From NCBI GenBank assembly GCA_028692105.1, contig JAQUYC010000008.1, positions 2,097 to 66,096 of the forward strand: a stretch of DNA of 64,000 nt, read 5' to 3'. The notes under the pieces are model-generated. The model saw nothing but the letters and a program-made list of their open reading frames with translations. It searched no databases and was not told the DNA's origin. A program made the position numbers and the translations under genes. This document shows, piece after piece, positions 8,241-18,197 of the stretch. Position 1 is the first letter of the stretch; each line of letters begins with the position of its first letter. Origin of the DNA: Eubacteriales bacterium (GTDB lineage Bacteria; Bacillota; Clostridia; Peptostreptococcales; Anaerovoracaceae).

Positions 8241-9272
8241 TCACTTGTTCTTCATCCTGTTTTCAGATAACAGCGAATATTTCTCAATGTAGTAACTGTG
8301 CATCAATTTACATTCTTCCGGATCGATATAGGCTGCATTCCCAAGGGCGGTAGCGGTAAAATAGGCCGTACAATTCTTGCGGACTATCATGCTGACGGCA
8401 TCGGCGTCACTATCGTTTTCTCCCATACAGATTGCACCTGAACCCTTGACAAAAACGGCAGTATTCGATTTCAGGGCAGAAAGGATCATGTCTGTATTTG
8501 CCTCGACAGTTGTCATATTTGTACCAACGATTTGTGCAAAATCATCAACCATTGGCTTTAAGTCAATGCCAAGCCTTGAAAATCGAACTGTGACGGGATC
8601 TGCGACGAACCTTAGATGACCATTTATCCCTGAAGCCTTCAAGGAACCCAACACTTCTTCTTTATTTATAGGATATGGTTCGTTTTCAACAGAAATATTC
8701 TTCTCTGTTTTTTCTATGATGAATTCTCTGCAGGCGGTCTCCAATTGATATGCAGCCTTAAAGGCGTCATCATGGCTTTCACCAAAACAGAGAACACCAT
8801 GATGCTTCATGATAACAGCGTTTCCTGCAGTGCATTTTAATGCTGCCGTTACATTATCACATAAGTCTTTTGAACCGGGAAGGGCATACGCAGCACAGAG
8901 GATCTCATCCCCTAATTCGGTATAATCAGACAAAGGCTTAAAAGAATCAATCCTTGCAGCGGATATAGCCGACGCATTTTCCTGATGTGTGTGGATAACA
9001 AAGTTGTTTTTCGGATATAGTTGGTATACAGCCCGGTGTATGCCCTTTTCCGAGGAAGGAATGATGCTGCCGCTGTAGCTCAAATCTTCAATATTAACTT
9101 CTACTATATCATCGGTCGTCAAAGTATGATATTCTCTGCCGCTTGGTGTAATTACAAATCTGTTTTCATCTATACGGCAGCTGACGTTGCCCCATGTTCT
9201 TGCTATAAGTCCTGTTCGTACCAGTTCATGACCGGCTTTTATCACTAATTCTTTTGCTTGCTTAATCTCCAT
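8241..9272 (-). CDS. Class II aldolase/adducin family protein (two-lobed, second half degenerate)
   Basis: TWGNVSCR, FVITPSG and VIHTHQENA (metal-binding His cluster) in the N-terminal half. The preferred start is ATG at 9272, preceded by AGGGGAG. The ORF track extends to GTG at 9302. Confidence 0.72.
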   Translation of the reverse strand: MEIKQAKELVIKAGHELVRTGLIARTWGNVSCRIDENRFVITPSGREYHTLTTDDIVEVNIEDLSYSGSIIPSSEKGIHRAVYQLYPKNNFVIHTHQENASAISAARIDSFKPLSDYTELGDEILCAAYALPGSKDLCDNVTAALKCTAGNAVIMKHHGVLCFGESHDDAFKAAYQLETACREFIIEKTEKNISVENEPYPINKEEVLGSLKASGINGHLRFVADPVTVRFSRLGIDLKPMVDDFAQIVGTNMTTVEANTDMILSALKSNTAVFVKGSGAICMGENDSDADAVSMIVRKNCTAYFTATALGNAAYIDPEECKLMHSYYIEKYSLLSENRMKNK

Positions 9273-9510
9273 TTTTTCTCCCCTGTTATTATTGGAAAAC
9301 ACTTGCGGAATGATTTTAAAAAGATATAATTAAAATAATTATAACGCATAAGTAGAAAATATTCGACTGTAGAATATTTTCTTACACCTGCAGCGATTTC
9401 AACAGTCACTTCCTTTCAGCAAAGCTGCATTTTTTTAAATATAAGTGACTGTTATAACGAATCCTTGGAAAAATTTCGACTATCTCAATAATCGTGATGG
9501 AGGGATAAAG

Positions 9511-9852
9511 ATGGACTGGAAGTTTTTTGTAGCCTTACTTTTTGCACTAATTGTGGCAGTCTTTGCAATACAAAACGCAGAAGCAGTGGAAGTCAGCTTT
9601 TTGACATTTGAAATGTCTATGTCACAGGCACTGGTCATTTTGATTTCGGCAGCATTCGGAGCCCTGGCAGTTCTGATGCTCAGTCTTATTCGCTGGATCA
9701 AATATAAGGCAAAAGTAATAAGCTCAATAAAAAGCATCAACTCACTGGAACAGGAAAATAAAAAACTGAAGATGAAGTTAGAAGAGTGCAAGGCTAAAAA
9801 CGAAGCTGTTTCTGCAGCAAGCGGAAATCCCAATGGAAATATTTCCCGTTGA
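9511..9852 (+). CDS. LapA/DUF1049-like small membrane protein with coiled-coil tail
   Basis: Two TM helices (FFVALLFALIVAVFAI and ALVILISAAFGALAVLMLSLI) followed by a Lys/Glu-rich helix. The start at 9511 follows SD GGAGGG. The ORF track begins at GTG 9445. Confidence 0.6.
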   Translation: MDWKFFVALLFALIVAVFAIQNAEAVEVSFLTFEMSMSQALVILISAAFGALAVLMLSLIRWIKYKAKVISSIKSINSLEQENKKLKMKLEECKAKNEAVSAASGNPNGNISR

Positions 9853-9863
9853 CAGATATATTA

Positions 9864-9892
9864 TTGCATGATAGCATTAACTTAGATTATAA
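9864..9892 (+). promoter_or_regulatory. Candidate sigma-A promoter of the rib operon leader
   Basis: TTGCAT - 17 nt - TTATAA, about 20 nt upstream of the riboswitch P1 helix. Confidence 0.4.
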
Positions 9893-9909
9893 GGTCTATA
9901 AATTGAATA

Positions 9910-10019
9910 GTTTCTTCAGGGCGGGGTGTGATTCCCCACCGGTGGTAAAGCCCACGAGCCGCAAGGCATGATTCGGTGAGATTCCGAAGCCGACAGTATA
10001 GTCTGGATGAAAGAAGAAT
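9910..10019 (+). promoter_or_regulatory. FMN riboswitch (RFN element) aptamer
   Basis: P1 TTCTTC...GAAGAA encloses the conserved blocks AGGGCGGGGTGTGATTCCCCACCGGTGGTAAAGCCCACGAGCC and GGTGAGATTCCGAAGCCGACAGTATAGTCTGGATGAAAGAAGAA. It sits upstream of ribD. Confidence 0.92.
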
Positions 10020-10075
10020 GATCATACGGTAAAACCGGTTTTGCAGTAAAAGGTCTGTTGAATTTTAATGATTGG

Positions 10076-10112
10076 CTCTGAAATATTTTATATATTTCAG
10101 AGTATTTTATTT
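10076..10112 (+). terminator. First terminator-like hairpin in the rib leader
   Basis: CTCTGAAATAT-TTTA-TATATTTCAGAG followed by TATTTTATTTT. Confidence 0.4.
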
Positions 10113-10150
10113 TAAAACAGCTTATACTGATACCGGATGAGAAAATTCCC

Positions 10151-10180
10151 ACCCTGAACTATTGTTTAGGGTTTTTTTAT
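10151..10180 (+). terminator. Second terminator-like hairpin in the rib leader (likely riboswitch terminator)
   Basis: ACCCTGAA-CTATTG-TTTAGGGT followed by TTTTTTT, 20 nt before the ribD SD. Confidence 0.55.
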
Positions 10181-10200
10181 TACTCCGGAGGTGATAATAG

Positions 10201-11337
10201 ATGGAAGAAAACAAGAACTTAAGTGATATGGAATTTATGAAAAGAGCACTAATATTAGCCGAGAATGGAATAGGGAAAACCAGTCCCAATCCTTTGGTGG
10301 GTGCAGTTATTGTAAAAAACGGAAGAATTATCGGAGAGGGATGGCATGAAAGATACGGGCAGGCACATGCTGAAGTAAATGCAGTAAGGAATGCGTCTGG
10401 ACCGGTTGAATCAGCAGATATCTTCGTTAATTTAGAGCCCTGCTGCCACTATGGCAAAACTCCTCCCTGCACTGAAATGCTAATCGAAAAAGGAATTAAA
10501 CGCGTTGTCATCGGATCAGTTGATCCAAATCCGAAAGTGGGCGGCAAAGGCGTACAGAGGTTAAGAGAAGCCGGCATTGAAGTAATTGTGGGAGTTTTGG
10601 AAGAGGAAAGCCGGAAGATTAACGAGGTGTTTTTTCACTACATCGAGAAACAGCGCCCCTTTGTGGTAATGAAAACGGCTATGAGCATTGACGGAAAAAC
10701 CACGGCGCCTTCCGGAGAATCAAAATGGATAACGGGTGCCGAAGCAAGAAATGATGTCCAGAAACTGCGTAACAGATATTCCGGCATCATTGTAGGGGTA
10801 GAAACCGTAATCAAGGACGATCCAGAACTCACCTGCCGGCTTGAAGGCGGTAAAAATCCGGTGAGGATCATTTTGGACAGCAATCTTCGAATACCTCAAG
10901 AAAGCAGAGTGCTAAAAGACCAGGAGAATAATACCACAATCATTGCATGCACAGACAGTGCTCCTTGCGAAAGGGTATCTGCGCTAAAAGCAATGGGAGT
11001 CCGGATATTGCGCTGCAAAAATTTTAATAATCATGTGGACCTGAAGGATCTTATGAAAAAATTGAAAGAATCGGCAATCGACAGTGTTCTTCTGGAAGGA
11101 GGATCTGCCGTAAATGATTCGGCTCTTTCCAAGGGAATTGTCAGCAAGATCATTTTATATATCGCACCGAAAATCATTGGCGGTGAAAAATCTAAAACAT
11201 TTGTTGGTGGAAAAGGGATCGATCGGCTAACTCAGGCTTATCCGATCAGGTTTGAATCCGTGGAGAGAATAGGTGAAGATCTGAAAATTACGGCTTACTT
11301 AAAAGAAAAGGGGGAATTCCATTGTTTACAGGAATAA
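10201..11337 (+). CDS. ribD: Bifunctional diaminohydroxyphosphoribosylaminopyrimidine deaminase / 5-amino-6-(5-phosphoribosylamino)uracil reductase
   Basis: CMP/dCMP deaminase zinc motifs HAEVNA and PCCHYGKTPPC. C-terminal RibD reductase domain. SD GGAGG. Confidence 0.93.
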   Translation: MEENKNLSDMEFMKRALILAENGIGKTSPNPLVGAVIVKNGRIIGEGWHERYGQAHAEVNAVRNASGPVESADIFVNLEPCCHYGKTPPCTEMLIEKGIKRVVIGSVDPNPKVGGKGVQRLREAGIEVIVGVLEEESRKINEVFFHYIEKQRPFVVMKTAMSIDGKTTAPSGESKWITGAEARNDVQKLRNRYSGIIVGVETVIKDDPELTCRLEGGKNPVRIILDSNLRIPQESRVLKDQENNTTIIACTDSAPCERVSALKAMGVRILRCKNFNNHVDLKDLMKKLKESAIDSVLLEGGSAVNDSALSKGIVSKIILYIAPKIIGGEKSKTFVGGKGIDRLTQAYPIRFESVERIGEDLKITAYLKEKGEFHCLQE

Positions 11338-11975
11338 TAGAAGAAACAGGAATTGTACAAAGAGTGGAGAAGGGAGGCAAATCCTCCAGGATGCAAATCA
11401 AAGCCGATACAGTTCTTGAAGGTACTCGTATAGGAGACAGCATTTGCACCAGCGGGGTATGCCTCACTGTAGCTGACATGAAGGACAGCTGGTTTGAAGC
11501 CGATGTGATGGCAGAAACCATGCGGCGCAGTAAATTAGGAAGCCTATATCCGGGTTCCGAAGTGAATCTGGAACGGGCACTGAAAGCTGATGGAAGATTT
11601 GGAGGGCACATCGTCAGCGGGCATATAGACGGCACTGGAACTATAAAAGCTATGTCAAGGGAGGAAAATGCTGTATGGCTGACTATTTTCGCAGAGGAAT
11701 CTTTGCTGCGTTACATTGTCGAAAAGGGCTCTATTGCAATTGACGGAGTCAGTCTTACAGTTGCAAAGGTTGGTTTAAAGGGATTTCAGGTGTCTATTAT
11801 CCCGCACACAGGCAGAGAAACCACATTGCTGCAACAGAAGACAGGCGATAAAGTAAATCTGGAATGCGACATAATTGGAAAATATGTTGAAAAGCTTATG
11901 AGCCCGTCATTTTATATAAATGAAAACAAATCACAATTGACAGAAACATTTTTAAAACAGAATGGATTTTATTAA
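11322..11975 (+). CDS. ribE: Riboflavin synthase (alpha chain)
   Basis: Canonical [11 protein letters not shown]-terminus (TTG start). Two lumazine-binding repeats ([13 protein letters not shown] and [12 protein letters not shown]). Confidence 0.92.
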   Translation: MFTGIIEETGIVQRVEKGGKSSRMQIKADTVLEGTRIGDSICTSGVCLTVADMKDSWFEADVMAETMRRSKLGSLYPGSEVNLERALKADGRFGGHIVSGHIDGTGTIKAMSREENAVWLTIFAEESLLRYIVEKGSIAIDGVSLTVAKVGLKGFQVSIIPHTGRETTLLQQKTGDKVNLECDIIGKYVEKLMSPSFYINENKSQLTETFLKQNGFY

Positions 11976-11989
11976 ACAGGAGGGCAGAC

Positions 11990-13225
11990 ATGAATAACGA
12001 ATTCAGCAGTATTGCAGAGGCAATAGAGGACATTAAAAACGGTAAAATGGTAATCGTGGTGGATGATCCCGACAGGGAAAACGAAGGTGATCTTATTATA
12101 GCGGCAGAAAAGGCAACACCTGAGGCAATCAATTTTATGGTGAAACAAGCAGGCGGACTGGTTTGCATGCCTATGGAAGGAAATGATTTGGATCATTTGG
12201 GAATTCCGGCGATGGTGGAAAAGAATACAGACAATCATGAAACAGCATTTACCGTATCCATCGATCATAAAGACACGACGACAGGGATTTCAGCTTTTGA
12301 GAGGGCACGAACCATTGTGGAACTGATTAATGACGATGCTGTTCCTGACGACTTCCGCAGACCGGGACATATATTTCCGCTCCGCGCACGTGAGGGGGGT
12401 GTTTTGAAGAGAACCGGGCATACAGAGGCTGCTGTTGATCTTGCAAAGCTTGCGGGGTTGAAAGGCGCAGGCGTTATCTGCGAGATCCTCAATGAAGACG
12501 GTACCATGGCAAGGGTGCCGCAATTGATGGAGTTTGCCGATAAGCATGGCATTCGAATCATAACGATAACAGATCTGGTAGCATATCGCAGTATACGGGA
12601 AAGCCTTATAGAACGTGTCGTTGAAACGAGACTGCCTACAAGATACGGTCCGTTTCGAATTTACGGCTATCAAAATAAAATCAACGGAGAACATCATGTT
12701 GCACTTGTCATGGGTGAAGTAAATAACGGCGAACCCGTCCTGACCAGGGTCCACTCGGAATGTCTGACAGGGGATGCATTACATTCTATCCGATGTGACT
12801 GCGGAGACCAGTTTGATGCTGCGATGTCTGATATCGCAAAAGAAGGGCGTGGGATATTGGTTTATATGCGACAGGAAGGAAGAGGAATCGGCCTTATCAA
12901 TAAACTGAAGGCGTATGCACTCCAGGATGAAGGTATGGATACTGTGGAGGCAAATCTGGCTTTGGGTTTTAAAGCGGATTTGCGCGATTATGGCATAGGG
13001 GCTCAAATCCTCAAAGACCTGGGAGCCCAGAAGCTAAGACTGATGACTAATAATCCAAGAAAAATTAAAGGCCTTGAAGGCTATGGACTTGAGATAACCG
13101 AACGTGTGCCGATTCAGATGGAAGCCAATAAGGAAAATGTATTTTATTTAAAAACAAAGCAGAAAAAATTAAATCATATGTTGTCTTATTCAACGGGCAA
13201 TACGAGCAACCCAAAATCAGAATAG
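11990..13225 (+). CDS. ribBA: Bifunctional 3,4-dihydroxy-2-butanone-4-phosphate synthase / GTP cyclohydrolase II
   Basis: DHBP synthase half ([22 protein letters not shown]). GCH-II half ([25 protein letters not shown]). Confidence 0.93.
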   Translation: MNNEFSSIAEAIEDIKNGKMVIVVDDPDRENEGDLIIAAEKATPEAINFMVKQAGGLVCMPMEGNDLDHLGIPAMVEKNTDNHETAFTVSIDHKDTTTGISAFERARTIVELINDDAVPDDFRRPGHIFPLRAREGGVLKRTGHTEAAVDLAKLAGLKGAGVICEILNEDGTMARVPQLMEFADKHGIRIITITDLVAYRSIRESLIERVVETRLPTRYGPFRIYGYQNKINGEHHVALVMGEVNNGEPVLTRVHSECLTGDALHSIRCDCGDQFDAAMSDIAKEGRGILVYMRQEGRGIGLINKLKAYALQDEGMDTVEANLALGFKADLRDYGIGAQILKDLGAQKLRLMTNNPRKIKGLEGYGLEITERVPIQMEANKENVFYLKTKQKKLNHMLSYSTGNTSNPKSE

Positions 13226-13290
13226 AAATTAAAACAGAAAAACAAAACAGAAAGGAAGTAGAATGCTGGATGCATTTGAAGTGAAGAGAA

Positions 13291-13752
13291 ATGAATGTAA
13301 TACAAGGTAATTTAATTGCAAAGGATCTTAAAATCGGAATAGCCGCTGCGCGTTTTAATGAATTTATCGTGTCTAAATTGATCGGAGGAGCGGAAGACGG
13401 GCTGCTTCGACATGGTGCCACAGAAGAAAACATCGACCTTGTCTGGGTGCCCGGGGCCTTTGAGTTACCGTTTGCGGCTAAGAAGATGGCTTTGAGCGGG
13501 AAATATGATGCTGTTATTTGTCTTGGCGCAGTAATCAGAGGATCCACATCTCACTATGAGCTCGTATGTGCCGAAGTTGCCAAAGGAATAGCTCAAGTAG
13601 GGTTGTCCGGTACGGTCCCTGTTATTTTTGGAGTGCTGACAACAGACTCTATTGAACAGGCCATAGAGAGAGCAGGCACAAAATTAGGGAATAAAGGCTT
13701 TGATGCAGCTCTTTCAGCTATTGAAATGGCAAACCTTATTAAAGAAAATTGA
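13291..13752 (+). CDS. ribH: 6,7-dimethyl-8-ribityllumazine synthase
   Basis: [26 protein letters not shown]..., WVPGAFELP and [12 protein letters not shown]. Confidence 0.93.
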   Translation: MNVIQGNLIAKDLKIGIAAARFNEFIVSKLIGGAEDGLLRHGATEENIDLVWVPGAFELPFAAKKMALSGKYDAVICLGAVIRGSTSHYELVCAEVAKGIAQVGLSGTVPVIFGVLTTDSIEQAIERAGTKLGNKGFDAALSAIEMANLIKEN

Positions 13753-13767
13753 TGTTGAACTACAAAT

Positions 13768-13802
13768 AGGAAAATCACAAATTATTAATTTGTGATTTTC
13801 CT
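13768..13802. terminator. Bidirectional terminator between ribH and the convergent CoADR-family gene
   Basis: Perfect 16-bp stem AGGAAAATCACAAATT-ATT-AATTTGTGATTTTCCT. Confidence 0.7.
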
Positions 13803-13862
13803 GCTTTAATCTGATATATTTGATTCTAAATTTTCTAAGAAATGCCGTTGTTCATCAGAAGC

Positions 13863-16439
13863 TTATATAAATAAATTTACATTGGATTCTTCGGCATCGC
13901 CAAGATAATCAGCAACACCTGCAAATTCGACCCCGTCGATAAATTCTTCCGGTTTAAGTCCCATGACATCCATCGACATCGTGCAGGCTACGATCCTGAC
14001 ACCGTTGAACATGGCCTGTTTCATCAGGGCTTCAAGGGAGTCGACATTTTTATCTTTCATAACCTTTTTCATCATTGCGGTTCCCATTCCGCCCATATTC
14101 ATATTAGACAGACCAAGCTTGGAAACGCCCCTTGGCATCATTGCACCGAACATGGAATCTATGAAAGGTTTTTTTACATTTTGTTTTTCTTTTTTTCTGA
14201 GAGCATTAAGGCCCCAGAATGTGAAGAACATAGTTACCGGTCTTCCCATTGCCGCAGCTCCATTTGCGATAACGAAGGCCGCAAGGATCTTATCCAGATC
14301 ACCGCTGAATACGATCATTGACTTTCCTTGCGGCTGCACGAAATCAGGACTCTTAACCGACGGTGCGGCACTGTCTGATCCCGGAAGATAAGAATTGTCA
14401 TTATTATTTAACCCCTTCTGTATATAAACGATACTCTCTTTCCCGGATCTTTCAGACTTGAGAAGCGTGTTGCCTGTTCTTCGGCACCAGGTTTCGATAT
14501 CCTTAGCGAAACCCATATCGGTAGCTGACACCTGAAGAATCTCACCATCAGCCATTTCCTTTATGGTTTGAAATACCCTCATGATCGGACCGGGACATTG
14601 CAGTCCGCTGCAATCAAGAGTCATTTTGGCGATAATTTTACCGGATTCTATATTCTTATTATCTATATCATGTTTCATATTCATATTTCCCTCATCGTGC
14701 TTTATGCCTTTGCCTGATGTCTCATCATAAGTTCCAACGGAAAGCTTATCGTGGTACACTGATTTGTAAAAGCTAATTCCTCCAGGCAGGATGCTCACAT
14801 TTTTAAAGCCGTTATTATTAAGGATACGAGCGGCATTGTAAGATCTTACACCGATTGAGCAATATGTGATGATGAGCTTTTCCTTATCCAGCTCATCCAT
14901 GCGCTGCCTGAGCTGCCCGAGGGGGATGTGGTAAGAATTCGAAATATGAAAGACCGTTCTTTCCATATCCTCACCTACATCAAGTATAATATAATCGTCT
15001 CTGCCTGACTGCTCTAAAAGCTCAAGCTCATTCCATCTCACGAAGGATGCGAGACCTTTTAATATATTATCAGCGACAAAACCCAGCATATTTACGGGAT
15101 CTTTTGCGGATGAATAAGGAGGGGCATACGCCAGCTCCAGCTCTGCAAGATCGCGGACTGTACCCCCAAGTCTTTGAGTTGCTGCGATTGTATCTATCCT
15201 CTTGTCCGCGCCTTCCTGTCCGATGATTTGTGCTCCGAGGATTTTCCCGTCACAGTCAAACAACAGCTTCAGTGTAAGAGAGGTTGCCCCGGGATAATAC
15301 CCCGCATGTGATTTCTGATTGATCAGTGCGACGAAGTAATCCTTATTCGGCTCTTTGCCCATGCTCTTTAATGTTTTTTCATTAACTCCGGTAGCGGCTA
15401 CGGTCAAATCAAAAACCTGGGCAACAGATGTCCCCTGCGTACCGTTGTACTTTTCTGTACTTCCTGCTAAACTTCCTGCTTCACGAGCAATATTATCTGC
15501 ACATATCCTGGCCTGTTTGTTAGCTGGACCGGCAAGGGGTATCATAGTCCTGTTTTTAAAAACAAATCCTTCCACCTCGATAACGTCACCCACAGCATAA
15601 ATATCGGAATCAGACGTTTTAAGATATTCATCAACTTTAATTCCGCCCTTTTCATTGAGCTCCAAGCCGCACTCCTTCGCCAGCACATTGTTGGGACGGA
15701 CACCGATAGACAGTATTACCAGATCCGCGTCAATAAAAGTCCCATTTTGCAGTGATATCGTCGTAACTCCGTCCTTATGATCAAATTGTTTTACGCCGTT
15801 ACTCAATTCAAGCCGTACATTATTCATCCTCATATTCTCATGAACTAACTGCGCCATCTCGAAATCTACCGGCGCCATGACCTGATCCAGCATTTCTATA
15901 ACAGTCACTTCCAAACCTGCAGCATGAAGATTTTCTGCCATTTCCAGTCCAATAAAGCCGCCGCCGATAACAGCAGCTCTTTTTGGTTTTTTCTCAGCTA
16001 CGTATTTTTTGATCTTGTCTGTATCGGGCACAGTCCAAAGTGTAAAGATTCCAGGCCCGTCAATCCCGGGAATAGGAGGTTTCAGCGGGGAGGAACCCGT
16101 TGCAATCAAAAGGATATCATAAGCTTCCCGATATTCCTCTCCGGTTTTTACTTTTTTTACTTGAACAGTTTTATTGCTGCGATCGATTGATAACACCTCA
16201 TTGTTAACACGGACATCAATATTGAACTTCGACTTCATAGCACCCGGAGTCTGAAGCAGCAGGGCATTACGTTCTTTGATTACATTTCCGATATAATAAG
16301 GCAAGCCGCAGTTCGCATAGGATATATATTCGCCCCTCTCCAGTATTACTATTTCAAGAGAATCATCCAGTCTCCTGAGCCTCGCAGCAGCAGTGGCACC
16401 GCCTGCTACACCTCCGATTATCAATATCTTTCTGCTCAT
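13863..16439 (-). CDS. Four-domain CoA-disulfide/persulfide reductase: pyridine nucleotide-disulfide oxidoreductase + rhodanese + TusA/SirA-like + DsrE-like
   Basis: FAD fingerprint ILIIGGVAGGATAAARL. Redox Cys in SYANCGLPYY. Second dinucleotide fold AAVIGGGFIGLE. Rhodanese loop YCSIGVRS. TusA motif LDCSGLQCPGPIM. C-terminal DsrE/YrkE-like domain (MIVFSGDLDKILAAFVIANGAAAMG...). The start at 16439 (MSRKIL) follows AGGAGA. The ORF track extends to 16502. Confidence 0.85.
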   Translation of the reverse strand: MSRKILIIGGVAGGATAAARLRRLDDSLEIVILERGEYISYANCGLPYYIGNVIKERNALLLQTPGAMKSKFNIDVRVNNEVLSIDRSNKTVQVKKVKTGEEYREAYDILLIATGSSPLKPPIPGIDGPGIFTLWTVPDTDKIKKYVAEKKPKRAAVIGGGFIGLEMAENLHAAGLEVTVIEMLDQVMAPVDFEMAQLVHENMRMNNVRLELSNGVKQFDHKDGVTTISLQNGTFIDADLVILSIGVRPNNVLAKECGLELNEKGGIKVDEYLKTSDSDIYAVGDVIEVEGFVFKNRTMIPLAGPANKQARICADNIAREAGSLAGSTEKYNGTQGTSVAQVFDLTVAATGVNEKTLKSMGKEPNKDYFVALINQKSHAGYYPGATSLTLKLLFDCDGKILGAQIIGQEGADKRIDTIAATQRLGGTVRDLAELELAYAPPYSSAKDPVNMLGFVADNILKGLASFVRWNELELLEQSGRDDYIILDVGEDMERTVFHISNSYHIPLGQLRQRMDELDKEKLIITYCSIGVRSYNAARILNNNGFKNVSILPGGISFYKSVYHDKLSVGTYDETSGKGIKHDEGNMNMKHDIDNKNIESGKIIAKMTLDCSGLQCPGPIMRVFQTIKEMADGEILQVSATDMGFAKDIETWCRRTGNTLLKSERSGKESIVYIQKGLNNNDNSYLPGSDSAAPSVKSPDFVQPQGKSMIVFSGDLDKILAAFVIANGAAAMGRPVTMFFTFWGLNALRKKEKQNVKKPFIDSMFGAMMPRGVSKLGLSNMNMGGMGTAMMKKVMKDKNVDSLEALMKQAMFNGVRIVACTMSMDVMGLKPEEFIDGVEFAGVADYLGDAEESNVNLFI

Positions 16440-16785
16440 ATATTCTTCTCCTGTCTTTATTAATTGCATTTTCATAACAAAAATCCGGAACACACTATTC
16501 ACAATAAAATTTTTATATCGTTCCTTGTGTTATATACCCAAATTGTTTGGAATATACAATAAATATTTCTGGGAGAACACAAATAAATATTTATGCGATC
16601 GAAAATATTATATGAATGCGTTATAAGAAAAAAATAATGTGTATGAATTATGAGCTAATGACAAATTTCATCTTGTTTGGTAAAAAGGCTTATGATATAC
16701 TAAACTATTAAATCATAAATTGACGGACAATATTATTAAATTATTAATTGACGGATTATGTTATGCCGGCATGAAAGGGGATGCG

Positions 16786-18171
16786 ATGTTAGAGGTTAAA
16801 TTCAACACATTAGATAGCAAATATTCGGAAATAACGCCGGAGATTTTAAAACTTACAGAATTATGTATAGAAAACAGTTCTATCGATTCAGAAATGTATA
16901 CAAAATATAAGGTGAACAGAGGATTGCGAGACTTAAACGGCAATGGAGTACTGACTGGCTTGACAGAGATTTCCGAAATACAATCTTTTGAGATGATAAA
17001 CGGCGAGAGGACACCCTGTGAGGGCAAGCTGTTTTATCGAGGTGTTGATATTGAAACTTTCGTTAAAGGCTTTGTCCATGAAAAACGCTTTGGCTTTGAA
17101 GAGGCAACCTATCTGCTGCTTTTCGGAAAACTGCCAACGGTTAAGCAGCTTGAGGATTTTTCTGCCCTTATAACGAGTTTTAGAACATTGCCGGCCAGCT
17201 TTGCAAGAGATGTTATCATGAAGGCACCCACCTCAGACATGATGAATATGCTTGCTCGAAGCGTACTGACACTGCACGCGTATGATACAAAAGCAAACGA
17301 TATCAGTATACCAAATGTACTTAGACAATCTCTGCTTCTGATTGCGGTGTTTCCATTGCTGTCTGTTTATGGATATCAATCTTACCGTCATTATTTCGAA
17401 GGAGACAGCTTGTTTATACACACACCGAAACCGGAATTATCAACTGCGGAAAATATTTTGCACATGTTGAGACAGGATTCTAAATATTCGGAGCTTGAAG
17501 CAAGGCTTCTTGATCTTGCACTTGTTCTTCATGCAGAGCACGGCGGCGGTAACAACTCAACATTCACTGACCGCGTTGTATCTTCATCAGGTACCGATAC
17601 CTATTCGGCTATTGCTGCATCGCTTGCCTCACTGAAAGGACCAAAGCATGGCGGAGCCAACATCAAAGTCGTCCAGATGTTTGATGACCTTAAGAAAAAT
17701 GTAACAGACTGGAAAGATGAAGACCAGATTCTTGCTTATTTGAATGATTTACTCAATAAGAAAGCTTTCGACAATGCCGGACTCATATATGGAATGGGGC
17801 ATGCAGTTTATTCACTTTCAGACCCCAGGGCAAACATCTTTAAAAAATTTGTCAAGAACTTATCGGAAGAAAAAGGAAGAATGGATGAGTTCCATCTATA
17901 TAACTCGGTGGAGCAGCTTGCGGCACAGCTTATTGCAGGTGAACGTAAAATCTATAAAGGTGTCAGTGCTAACATCGATTTTTACAGTGGGTTTGTTTAC
18001 AGCATGCTGGACCTGCCAATTGAGCTTTATACACCAATTTTTGCAATTGCAAGAATTTCCGGCTGGAGTGCACACCGTATCGAAGAATTGATCAATTCAG
18101 GCAAAATTATCCGACCGGCTTATAGAAGCGTTGCTGAAAGAAAAGATTATATTAAGCTCAATGAACGCTAA
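16786..18171 (+). CDS. Citrate synthase
   Basis: Citrate synthase family motifs LVLHAEHGGGNNSTF, GPKHGGAN, GMGHAVY and ARISGWSAH. The start at 16786 follows AAAGGGGA. The ORF track begins at TTG 16720. Confidence 0.88.
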   Translation: MLEVKFNTLDSKYSEITPEILKLTELCIENSSIDSEMYTKYKVNRGLRDLNGNGVLTGLTEISEIQSFEMINGERTPCEGKLFYRGVDIETFVKGFVHEKRFGFEEATYLLLFGKLPTVKQLEDFSALITSFRTLPASFARDVIMKAPTSDMMNMLARSVLTLHAYDTKANDISIPNVLRQSLLLIAVFPLLSVYGYQSYRHYFEGDSLFIHTPKPELSTAENILHMLRQDSKYSELEARLLDLALVLHAEHGGGNNSTFTDRVVSSSGTDTYSAIAASLASLKGPKHGGANIKVVQMFDDLKKNVTDWKDEDQILAYLNDLLNKKAFDNAGLIYGMGHAVYSLSDPRANIFKKFVKNLSEEKGRMDEFHLYNSVEQLAAQLIAGERKIYKGVSANIDFYSGFVYSMLDLPIELYTPIFAIARISGWSAHRIEELINSGKIIRPAYRSVAERKDYIKLNER

Positions 18172-18197
18172 ATGAATTAATGAACCCTTAAGCTGCA

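Noticed and set aside
9916-10152. 78-aa minus-strand ORF upstream of ribD.
   Set aside because: It coincides with the FMN riboswitch aptamer and its expression platform. The conserved RNA motifs fully explain the sequence.
13263-13310. 15-codon mini-ORF ([15 protein letters not shown]) with a good SD just upstream of, and overlapping, the ribH start.
   Set aside because: It could be a translational coupling artefact of the ribBA-ribH spacer. There is no way to support a peptide of this size from sequence alone, and the ribH N-terminus matches canonical lumazine synthases.
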